Position numbers and translations under genes: made by a program. The notes beneath the pieces are model-generated. The model was given only the letters and a program-made list of their open reading frames with translations. It did no database searches and was not told the origin of the DNA. A stretch of 64,000 nucleotides of DNA from Somniosus microcephalus (lineage: Eukaryota), in contig CM126210.1 of NCBI GenBank assembly GCA_052327205.1, forward strand, positions 95,666,001 to 95,730,000, given 5' to 3'. The first letter of the stretch is position 1. Every line of letters begins with the position of its first letter. Shown here in pieces: positions 24,801-36,800 of the stretch.

Positions 24801-27800
24801 CTTTAAAACTTACCTCATCATTTCTTAAAATAACTTTCCTCCCTTTCCCAAACAAAAATATTGCCTTTCAGAAGCTCCACGATAAAATATATCTTCCTCC
24901 GCAGCCTCTGGAGCAACTTTACACATGCTTTTTTCATGTGTAAGTTGCAAGGACTTACCCTCACTGAATCCATGAATGAAATCGACGAAGTTCACTGCGC
25001 ACGCGCTGCCTGTACAGTCGCACGCGCTGTGCCTCTGAACCCCTTCGTTCAGAGGACTGGAAATGCCGGTTTTCTCCGCATGTGCTGTGCATGCTGAAAA
25101 CCGGCATTTCCTCTGGCCAGACGCGCGAGTACCCCGACCGTACTCACGCGTTTGGAACGGAATTACTGGGCCATTAGCTATGTGGAGATATTTCTATCTT
25201 TACTTTCCAGCTGTCTTACATTTGTCACTTGAAGCGTCCTCAGGGAATTGCTGTGTATGATGGTGAAGTGCCGTCAGCGGCTGCATGCACGAGTGTGCTT
25301 TGGAGAGGGCAGTAAGAGGGGCGATCTCCAAAATGGATGAGCGGGAGTCAATTTGGCGTTACACGCCGATTGACATCACACTCATACTAATTGCAATACT
25401 TTCAGCAAGCACATGCAATGGTAGCGTTGCCGACCTACCAAAAATGGCTGCTGCCACGGAACCTGCTGACAGCGGGCGGAAGTGAGGCGGCCACCATTTT
25501 GACCCCCAAAACGGGCCTTAACAGCCAGCGCTAACACTTCCAATTTCTAGGCCACTGAGTGCAACCTACGTGTTCCACGTTCTAAATATTTTGCATATGT
25601 GATTGCGTATTTTGGGTGTTACGCTGCCTCTGCGGATGTGGCATCTGAATTTCCGAGAGTAATCATGTGGAGTTTTACTTACTGAGATGTGCAATTTTAG
25701 TTCTATAGGCCCTGATTTGTGACTGTAACTCGTGAATAAAGGGGGTTTGTAGTTCTCTCTTTTGAGACTGTGCTGTTTAAGGGCTGCTCTTTGGAGGCTT
25801 TGCTGTTTAATATTAAACTAGCTTTTCTTGAGTCCATTCTGCTTGCTATTAAATTAACTATTCTTTTGAGACTGTGCTGCTATCAAATCTAGATTGGTGC
25901 AAAATGGGACCTTTCTGAAAAGGATTCATATACAACAGGCGATGATCTGCAAAGCCCAGCAATGTCCACCACAACCCACGGGATCATGCACAAATGACAG
26001 TACATATGTCAGAAGACAGGCAGGACCAGGCAATTGGAACAACACGCTGGACATGGCGGACTCAAATGCAGATTCATTGGACTTCAACAACAATGATAAA
26101 TTATATTTATATAGCACCTTTAACATAGAAAAAATGTTCCACACTACACAGAGGCCTCATGGCACCATAATCCCACTAGAAAATTCTGCAGCTAGCACTT
26201 ACTCCTTCCAATGAAGAATCATTGAGGAGAAAGAGCAGGCTAAATATCATGTGGCACAAACAAACCACAGTAAAAAGGGCAAGTACCAAGTTAAATTACC
26301 TTGACAACATTTACAGAACACGTGATGGATAAAATAACCGCCATAGCATACAAGGCTACGGACCAAGTGCCGGAAAATGGAATTAGAAAGACAGAGCTTG
26401 ATGGCCAGCACAGACACGATGGGCCGAAGGGCCTCTTTCTGTGCTGTATAACTCTATGGGCAAGATTTTCATTGGGCCATGGAGGCAGGATTGGAGGCGT
26501 GTGGGGGGTTAAAATCCCAAAATCGGGGGGCACGAACCCATCCCGCACCCAACCTGTCTCCATGCCAGTTTCAAAGGAGGCGGTTACCCGACCCGCACTG
26601 GGACCTGCCTCCCCGAGGCGGGAAGAGGATTAGTGCCAATTAACTGCCTGTTAACAGGTAGTTAACAGGCAGTTTTTAGCCTAATCCCTATTTTTAATGT
26701 TGAAGTGTTGGATTCCCGACAGCTCCAAACCACACCAAGTTAGAGGAGGCGGACCGTCGGGATGAAGGGCTTGGAGTGGTCGAGATGTCCGGTGTTCAGG
26801 TGAGTGATGGGTGCATGAGTGCAAAGGTAAGTGTGTTTGGTGTGTGTAAAGTGTTTAAATAAGTTTTACATACCTTTACTTACCTTCACAGCCTTCCTTC
26901 CTTCAGGTCTCAGGAGTCCCTCATCTCACCGGCACAGAAAGCAGAATGGCCGCGATCTGTCAAAAATTGCAGCATTCAGCTTTCTCTTCCGGAGAGATCT
27001 CTAAAGCAGCCTGAGAGGAAGGAATTAACCTGGAGTACAGATTGTCAGTGTTTGACAGCTTCAAACAGCTGTGAAACGCTGATATTCCATCTGTCAAAAG
27101 GTCTTGACAGATGAAATATCAATCTGTGACGTCACCTGTTCCTGGGTGGCCCTTAATTGGCCTGCTGAGCCCGCTGGGCGGGCTCAACAAGGTCAATCAA
27201 GTCAAAATCACGTGGGTTGGCTAGAACTCGATGGAGGCGGGACTACAACCCTGAAAGTTGTAGTCCCGCCTCCTACCCGACTCCTCAATGAAAATCCACC
27301 CCTTTGACTCTAACTGCACAGTACTTGATTTGTACAACATCTGTACATCTCATTGATTAAATATAACAACAGCACAATAAAACATAAGATTAGATGGGCA
27401 TGAAAAGGTTTTAATTGACAGAAAATCCTGTGGTGTTGGCCGACCTCGTGTCCAAATTCTAAATATACCTTCCTAGCAGGCAAAGCACCACACCCGCAAT
27501 GCAAATTCATAAATATATATCTTTATAAGTAAATAAAATGTATTGCACCATAGTGCCAGGTCTGTGTTCAGATGTAACCACTTCAGTGTATAGTCAAATT
27601 ATCAGTTTTGCTAAGTAGTTATTTTCCACCCATTTACATCAAGCTTAAAGACAATTTTTGAACTTAACGACATGTGCTTTTCTCACCGCCTGCCATTGGT
27701 CATATAACTTGCTGACTTCCCTTGTTGCAAGGGCAGCACTTTCTCATGACTGTTGGAAGCTGCTGTCAGAGGTGCCGGTTCTGCAACTGTCCAGTGTCTG

Positions 27801-30800
27801 GTGGAGAACAGTGACAGGAGAGAGTGGCACTGGCAGAATGCACCTCTCTTGAAACTGGCCCTAAAAATAGAAAAGCAAACTAATACTTGGCTATTTATTT
27901 TCCCAGCTGATGTACTGCACTTATCTAAAGCAACTTCATCTTCCTTGACTTGTCCCAGAATTAAATAAAAATGTTTATCTTTCTAAAGATTTTTTTTTTA
28001 CTGTTGCGGTTTCCACCTTTTTCACTCGCACTTTTTTTTGTTGTCCTCTGTGGTTGCACTCCTTAAAAAGTGTTCCACACCCTAACTGTCTTGAGCTAAA
28101 GGAACAAAAGAACAAAGCACTGATCTGTGTGATTAACAATGGAAAAATTCCTACATGACTCAGATATAGGTTTGCCTAAAGGTACATCACCCACATTACA
28201 TGTTCAATTTGCGTAACAGATCAGCCACTGATACGGAGGTTATTCACAGAACATTATGAAATTATTCAATGTGAATTCCACAGAAACACCAAGAATCAAC
28301 AGATTGTAAAAATCCTAGGGGTGGGAAACATCTAACATGCTTGAAAACACTTCCACACAAATCAGTGTTATATAACATTCAAAGTACACTGTGGAATAGC
28401 ATAGTAAGATTCCCTTGTGGCAAGCCCTACTGAAACTATTGACATTTTCACAATAAACCAAAAGAAATCTCACTCATGACAGATACGTTTCATTTCTGAA
28501 AGCAGCTTCATGTTTAGAGAGACAAGTCAAAAGAATGTGCTCTCTTAGTTCGTGTGGCCAGCTTTTAATGCATAGCCACCTTAATAATGGGAACGGTAGC
28601 GTAGTGGTAATGTCACTGGGCTAGTGGACTAATGATCCAGAGATGCGAGTTCAAATCCCACCACAGCAGCTGGGGAATTTAAATTCAGTTAATTAAATAA
28701 ATCTGCAATAAAAATCTAGTATCAGCAATGGTAACCATGAAACTATCGGATTGTCATAAAAACCCATCTGGTTCATTAATGCCCTTTAGGGAAGGAAATC
28801 TGCTGTCCTTACCTGGTCTGGCATATATGTGACTCCAGACCCACAGCAATGTGGTTGACTCTTAACTGCCCTCTGAAATGGCCTAGCAAGTCACTCAGTT
28901 GTAACTAACTGCTAAGAAACAAAATATGAAACCAGGCATTGACCTTGGCACCGGCTACGGACACGGCAACGGCATACCGAGCCCAGTCGACCCTGCAAAG
29001 TCCTCCTCACCAACATCTGGGGACTTGTGCCAAAATTGGGAGAGCTGTCCCACAGACTAGACAAGCAACAGCCTGACATAGTCATACTCACAGAATCATA
29101 CCTTTCAGCCAATGTCCCAAACTCCTCCATCACCATCCCTGGGTATGTCCTGTCCCACCGGCAGGACAGACCCACCAGGGGTGGTGGCACCGTGGTATAC
29201 AGTCAGGAAGGAGTGGCCCTGGGAGTCCTCAACATTGACTCCGGACCCCATGAAGTCTCATGGCTACGGGCAAGGAAACCTCCTGCTGATTACCACCTAC
29301 CGCCCTCCCTCAGCTGATGAATCAGTACTCCTCCATGTTGAACACCACTTGGAAGTAGCACAGAGTAGCAAGGGCACAGAATGTACTCTGGATGGGGTAC
29401 TTCAATGTCCATCACCAAGAGTGGGTCGGTAGCACCACTACTGACTGAGCTGGCTGAGTCCTGAAGGATATAACTGCGAGTCTGGGCCTGCGGTAGGTGG
29501 TGAATGAACCAACAAGAGGGAAAAACCTACTTGACCTCGTCCTCACCAATCTACCTGTCGCAGATGCATCTGTCCATGATGGCATTGGCAGCAGTGACCA
29601 CCGCCCAGTCATTGCGGAGACAAAGTCCCGTCTTCACACTGAGAACACCCTCCATCGTGTTGGGTGGCACTACCACCGTGCTAAATGGGATAGATTCAGA
29701 ACAGATCGAGCAGCTCAAAACTGGGCATCCATGAGGCGCTGTGGGCCATCAGCAGCAGCAGAATTGTATTCCACCACAATCTGTAACCTCATGGCCCGGC
29801 ATATCCCTCACTCTACCATTACCACCAACCCTGGTTCAACGACGAGTGTACAGGAGCAGCACCAGGTGTACCTAAAAATGAGGTGCCGACCTGGAGAAGC
29901 TGCAACACAGGACTACATGCATGCTAAAAAGCAGAAGCAGAATGCTATAGACAGAGCTAAGCGATCCCACAATCAACTGATCAGATCAAAGCTCTGCAGT
30001 CCTGCCACGTCCAGTCGCGAATGGTGCTGGACTATTAAACAACTAACAGGAGGAGGAGGCTCCAAGAATATCCCCATTCTCAATGATGGTGGAGCCCAGC
30101 ACGCGAGTGCAAAAGACAAGGCTTCAGCCAGAAGTGCCGAGTGGATGATCCATATTGGCCTACTCCCGAGGTCCCCACCATCACAGAAGCCAGTCTTCAG
30201 ACAATTCGATTCACTGCATGTGATATCAAGAAACGGCTGAGTGCACTGGATACAGCAAAGGCTGAGCCCCGACAACATCCCGGCTATCATGCTGAAGACT
30301 CGTGCTCCAGAACTAGCCATGCCTCTAGCCAAGCTGTCCCAGTACAGCTACAACACTGGCATCTATCCGACAATGTGGAACACTGCCCAGGTATGTCCTG
30401 TCCACAAAAAGCAGGACAAATCCAACCCAGCCAATTACCGCCCCATCAGTCTACTCTCAATCATCAGCAAAGTGATGGAAGGTTTCATCGACAGTGCTAT
30501 CAAGCGGCACTTACTCACCAAAAACCTGCTCACTGATGCCCAGTTTGGGTTCCGCCAAGACCACTCGGCTCCCGAACGCATTACAGCCTTGGTCCAAACA
30601 TGGACAAAGAAGCTGAATTCCAGAGATGAGGGGAGAGTGACTGCCCTTGACATCAAGGCAGCATTTGACAGAGTGTGGCACGAAGGAGCCCTAGTAAAAC
30701 TGAAGTCAATGGAAATCAGGGGGAAAATGCTCCATTGACTGGAGTCATACCTAGCACAAAGTAAGATGGTTGTGGTGGTTGAAGGTCAATCATCACAGCC

Positions 30801-33800
30801 CCAAGACATCGCTGCAGGAGTTCCTTAGGGCAGTGTCCTAGGCCCAACCATCTTCAGCTGCTTCATCAATGACCTTCCCTCCAACATAAGGTCAGAAATG
30901 GGGATGTTCGCTGATGACTGCACAGCGTTCAGTACCATTCGCAGCTCCACAGATAATGAAGCAGTCCATCCCCGCATGCAACAAGACCTGGACGACGTTC
31001 AGGCTTGGGCTGATAAGTGACAGGTAACATTCACGTCACAGAAGTGCCAGGCAATGACTATCTCCAACAAGCGAGAGTCGAACCACCTCCCCTTGACATT
31101 CAACGGCATTACCATCGCCGAATCCCCCACTATCAACATCCTGGGGGTCACCATTGACCAGAAACTTAACTGGACCAGCCACATAAATACTGTGGTAACA
31201 AGAGCAGGTCAGAGGCTAGATATTCTGCGGCGAGTGTCTCACCTTCTGACTCCCCAAAGCCTTTCCACCATCTACAAGGCACAAGTAAGGAGCGTGATGG
31301 AATACTCTCCACTTGCCTGGATGAGTGCAGCTCCAACAACACTCAAGAAGCTCAGCACCATCCAGGACAAAGCAATCCGCTTGATTGGCACCCCATCCAC
31401 CACCTTAAACATTCACTCCCTCCACCACCGGCGTACTGTGGCTGCAGTGTGTGCCATCTACAAGATGCACTGCAGCAACTCGTCAAGGCTTCTTCGGCAG
31501 CACCTCCCAAACCCTTGACCTCTTCCACCTAGAAGGACAAGGGCAGCAGGCGCATGGGAACACCACCACCTCCAAGTTCCCCTCCAAGTCACACACCATC
31601 CTGACTTAGAATTATATCACCAATCCTTCATCATCGCTGGGTCAAAATCCTGGAACTCCCGAACTAACAGCACTGTGGGAGTACCATCACCACACAGACT
31701 GCAGCGGTTCAAGGAGGTGGCTCACCACCACCTTCTCAATGGCAACTAGGGATGGGCAATAAATGCTGGCATTGCAAGCCATGCCCTGATCCCATAAAAC
31801 AAATACATTTTTTTTTTTTTAAAGAAAATACCCTTGGCTAGCAAAAATCTATCTATCTCAGATTCTAAATTATTAATTGAGCTATATCATCTGTTGCTTT
31901 TTGTAGGAGAGAGTTATAGTCTGATCTGCCTGTCCATACTGAAAATAGCAGCCCTAGCAAGAAGGTAAGTGTCTGAATTGATGTGCGATGTTCCACTTTG
32001 GCAGAATACCATGGGGTGGAGGTCCACCTACGCCAATGGCCCACCTCTGATTACAGCTGATTTTCCAGGGGCACGATAATTTTGGCAATCTGCTATCCAG
32101 ATTTCTACCTCCAATGAGAAGTCCGCCCGAGTGGGATACAAAATGGTTGCAGAAGGCCTCGGGCACCTGCCACTCTGCAGTGTAACCGGAATAAGGTGCC
32201 CAACCTTCCTGGAATGACCATGAATTACCCAGAATTGGGGGTTCCTCCTCCGAGCATTGCCTCAGCAGCCCGGGGGATCAGCAGTTTCAATTTCCCGCCG
32301 CAGTGCACCATGTGAGTGCAGTCGGGAGGGGGCCGGGAAGTCCGGAATCAGAGGGTTCTCTGAAATCGGTGGGAGTCGAGAGTGGGAGGGACGAGATGGA
32401 GATTGGGGGGAATCAGGGGGAAGAGGGAGACTGGGGTGGGCGTGGGGCCCAGCATTTCCCACAGAGCCAGAAGCAGCATCAGGAAGGTAATGAGTGGGAG
32501 CAGCATTGAGAGAGGAGCAGCTAATAAAGGAATGAGAACCCTACTGTGGGTAAACAGTGAAAGACTATTTCCACTGGTGGGTGAATGGGGAGCTAGGGAA
32601 TGGAAACAAAAGATTCTCACTGGAAGAAAGGGGGAACGGAGGAGGAAAGTTCTTGAGCCGAGGGCTATTAGGCCATGGGGTACTTCACCACATGTGGCTA
32701 TTGAGGTAGAGACTAAGGGGGAGAAATTCGGTATAGCCCTGTTTGGGGCGCCATTAGTGGCCATGCGCAAAGTTTAGCGCCTGGTGCTAATTATCGCCTC
32801 CGACGGCAAACTTGGCTTTTATCGCCCCTGGAGATGATTGGAGCGCTAAATCAGGCGCTACATACCTCTCTTAAGGCGCTATGGCCGAGGAGTGAGGCGC
32901 TACCTCAGAGGGCGGGCGCAGCGCAGGTGCTATCAGTTAGCGAATGAACACAGACACACTAGCGCCGGTCAGTTCTTAAAGGGGAGGGTTGATCTTGCTC
33001 TGCAGCCACATCCTGCTCAGTGGAGCCTTGAATCTCAGCCTGGGCAGACCTGTGGCTAAATCTAGCAGCCAAGGACTATGGAGAGGGCCAGGGAGCAAGC
33101 ACAGCGCTTCTGCGAGCAGGCCTTGGAGGCTCTGGTTGGCACAGTGGAGTGCAGAAGATCTATTCTGTACCCAGAGAGTGGCAGGAGGTCTTTGCCACGC
33201 GAGTACAGAAGAGTGTGGAGGGAGGTGGCTCAGAGAGTCACCTCAAGCAGCATGGTGCCTAGGACCCATCTCCAATGTAGGAAAAGTTCAACAACCTCAC
33301 TCGGGTCGTCAGGGTGAGTGCCTTTTTTTCAAAAACCTCTCCATCCTTCCATCTCAACCTCACTTTATGGCCAGAGGGTCTTAAAAGCCCCAATGCCCAA
33401 CACTCATCCAACACCTATGGCCCTTTCATCAAACACACATGCACATTCCACACTTTGCATAGAGTAAGGGCTATTCAACTATGGGAGGCATTTCAGGCAT
33501 GAACATGGCTGCATACAGTAAGGGCTATTCAACTATGGCAGGCATTTCAGGCAAGACCATGGCTGCATACAGTAAGGGCTATTCAACTATGGCAGGCATT
33601 TCAGGCAAGCCCATGGCTGTATATTTACTCAGACGCCGTCCTTTTTCTTGCAGGCCAAGCTATCTCATAATAGGAGACAGCAGCAAAGGACCGGTGGAGG
33701 GCGGCCTCAGCTGCAACCCCTCAGCGATCTTGTGGTGCGCGTCCAGCGGATTGTGGCAAGCCAGGTGATTGGTCCCGTCGCCACTGGAGACGCCGACCCC

Positions 33801-36800
33801 GTTCTGGACAGCAATGGTAAGGTCATCATCTTTTTGTCCTTTCTCCTTCCACTTGTTCCTCACAACACTAGCCTTTGACACTTTCAATCCAAATCACTAA
33901 ATCGCTGCACTCATGCCTCCCTTGCTGCCACCCTGTCCTCACGCTAAAGCCACTCTTGTACCTCCCTGCTTTCAGATGGTGATTCACCAGGTGAGGAGAC
34001 GGGCCCTCAAGCTGCCAGTGGGAGTGACGCTGAAGGCGAGGAGGAAGAGGAAGCCGGAGCATCAGCGCCACCCTCTCCTGAGGAAGCCCATGCCCACACT
34101 GGGAACACGCCTTCCCTGGAGGGGAGCAGGGGGGAACGGTCTGATGAGGTTGAAGCTCCAGGACCCAGCAGGCTGCAGCAACGCGATGGGGGTAGGGAAG
34201 CTCAGGGTCCTTTTCCCCGGAGGGAGAGTATGCCATTTAGTCCCGCTGCACGGGACGCAGAGGAGGAGCGGGTCCTCACTGAAATGAGCGCCCAGGCGGA
34301 GCAAAGGCACACTGAGCTCATGGTTGCAGTGGCAAGGGTGCCCGAATCAATTGAATCACTGGCAAGGAGTGTGGAGCACTTCACTGTAGCACAGGCGGCT
34401 GCCACGCAAATTCTTAGTGCTGCAATGCAGTCACTGGCTGGTCTCATGCAGACACAGATTGAGGCCACGCAAACACTGTCTGCTGCCACCCTCGCTGGAT
34501 CGGACACATTTCCCCGGGGCTCTCACCGCGCCGCAGCAGGCTAGCAATCTGTGCTCCATGAGATTGCTCCGGATGCTGAAGTGCTGCCCCGTGGCAGTGT
34601 CAGTGTGTCGGTCGAGCATAGAGTTGCTGTCCTCTCTCAAGATGACAGCATTCCTGCTGCCACCACTGGCACTTCTCCACTGCAGTTGCCACTGCCTGTA
34701 GGACAGATTGCTGCCGCCCATGCAGAGTTGGTGCTGTTTGCAGCCGGGCCCTCCAGGCCCAGAGCTGGTCGAGGCCATCCTTCAAGGGCATTTGCAGTCT
34801 CAGGTTGTGACAATCAGCAGCCTTCCACCAGCCTTGCTGCAGCCACTGGGGTCCCATTACAGAGGAGCTGCAGGGTGGGAAGGGGGGAAGTGCGCAAGGG
34901 AAGGAGATCACCCTCGAAGGGCAAAAAGTAGGAGGTGTGACAAAATGTTTTTCATTCTTTTATTAAAGGCCAAGGTTCGTGGTCAAATTTTTGTAACTGT
35001 TTTTGACATTGTTTCCAGGTTGTGACAGCCAGTTATGTTAATGACTTTTTTTTTGTGTTTCTTTCTATTAGTTTGTCATGTGGAAATGAGACACACAGAG
35101 TTTGTCAAATAAAGAAGTTTCTGTATTCAAAATGTACATGTTTGGTCTTTGCAATCATTGTTGCCTTGACCGGCTTAGGGGTTGCGGGATGGTTTCATTC
35201 AGGTTGTTTGAATGGCAGAAGCCATTTCCTCAGAAGGGGCCTAGAAGCGACTTGCTATGAGCCTTTGACGGACGGCCCTTCCACTTCGTACATTGTGTGC
35301 CTCCCTCCTACCTTGGTGCTGCTGATGATCATCCTCCTGCTCCTCTTCCTCCTCTGGTGGTGCTCCAATGTCTGGTGACATTGGCTGGGTCCTGAGGATT
35401 GCAAGGTTATGCAGCATGCAGCACACAACAACGAAGTGGGAGACTCGCTCAGGCGAGTACGGAAGGGCTCCTCCAGAATGGTCCAGACAGCAGAACCGTT
35501 GCTTGAGCACGCCGATTGTGTGCTCAACGATGTTCCTGGTAGCTTGATGGCTCTCGTTGTATCGCAGCTCAGCAGGGGTGTTAGGCGTACGGAGCGGTGC
35601 CATCAGCTAGGTGCACAGAGGATATCGCTTGTCCCCGAGAAGCCAACCACTGGGTGATGCGGTGCCTGGAAAAGGTCTGCCACAGAAGTCTGGCGCAGGA
35701 TGAAGGCATCGTGGCTGCTGCCAGGAAAGTGGGAATTGACAGCGAGTATCAGCTGTCTGCGGTCACAGACCAACTGAACGTTTAAGGAATGGAAGCCCTT
35801 TCGGTTGCGGAAATCCTCGGCATTCTCTTGCGGCGCACGCAAAGCCACATGCGTGCAGTCAATGGCGCCCTGCACCATGGGGGAGCCCGCTATCATCGCA
35901 AAGCCCATTGCGCGTTCTTGCTGCTTGACCGGGGTCATGGGGAAAGAAATGTACTGTCGTCTCCTTTAAAAGAGAGCATGTGTGACCTGACGGATGCAGC
36001 AATGCACCGCGAACTGGGAGATATTGGTGATGTCCCCTGTAGCTGAATGAAATGAGCCGGTGGCATAAAAGTTGAGAGCCACTGTTATCTTCACTGCCAC
36101 TGACAGAGACGTCCTGCTCCTCAGTTGAGGCTGCAGATCTGGCTGCAGCAGGTGGCAGAGCTCAGTGACCACCTCCTTGCTGAAGCGCAGCCTTCGCAAA
36201 CACTGCTCCTCAGACATATTAATGTAGGAGAACTGTTGGCGAAAAACCCTGGGAGGGTAAGGTCTCCTGCACAGAGGCCTGTTGGCCCTCCTCTGTCTGG
36301 CCATGATTGCCACTCTCCCTCTGCATCTCTGTGCCCTCTGAATGTGATGGAGAAGGACAATGTCCCCATCCATTGCAGCCCCCATAGTATCTAGGCAATC
36401 AAAGTTATGAAGGTCAAAAACCAAAGTACCTGCAAAGTTATGGTCAGAAGCCAAAACTACCTCAGACAGCGTTGACTCAATGCAGAAGTCTCTCTTTCTC
36501 TCTTTGTCTCTCTCAAAATCTCTCTCTCTCTCTCAGAACGAGTGGTGCAAAAATGGCTACCACACAAAAGCCAGGAAGAGGCCCCCTTTAAATAGCGCCC
36601 CCCCAGCCCCACAGCGATTGGGAAGCGTTCCAGTCTACCTGTCGTTGGTTGCGCCAGGCGGAAAGGAGGGGGGCGCCACTCAATTTCCATCCCGGGGCGT
36701 CACAAGGGCGTTGCACTCTCGAATGCCGTCAAGATCTGCGTGCGCAGGAGATTGGGCGGTATTGTTTAGCGCCGCCGCAAAATGTCCGGTCAATTTCGCG

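Larger units (their letters stand above)
22469..25553. mobile_element. Harbinger derivative with a Myb/SANT remnant, hosting two SINEs and a foldback element
   Basis: Ends GGGGCAGAAATTCGG / CCAATTTCTAGGCC with flanks att/act. From 23276(+) it translates [38 protein letters not shown], then REGKRCRKR after a frameshift (Myb/SANT-like). Confidence 0.7.

Noticed and set aside
35241-36454. Host HARBI1 gene
   Set aside because: Lies within TIRs and a TAA TSD, is paired with a Myb gene and is disrupted, so it is a transposon copy.
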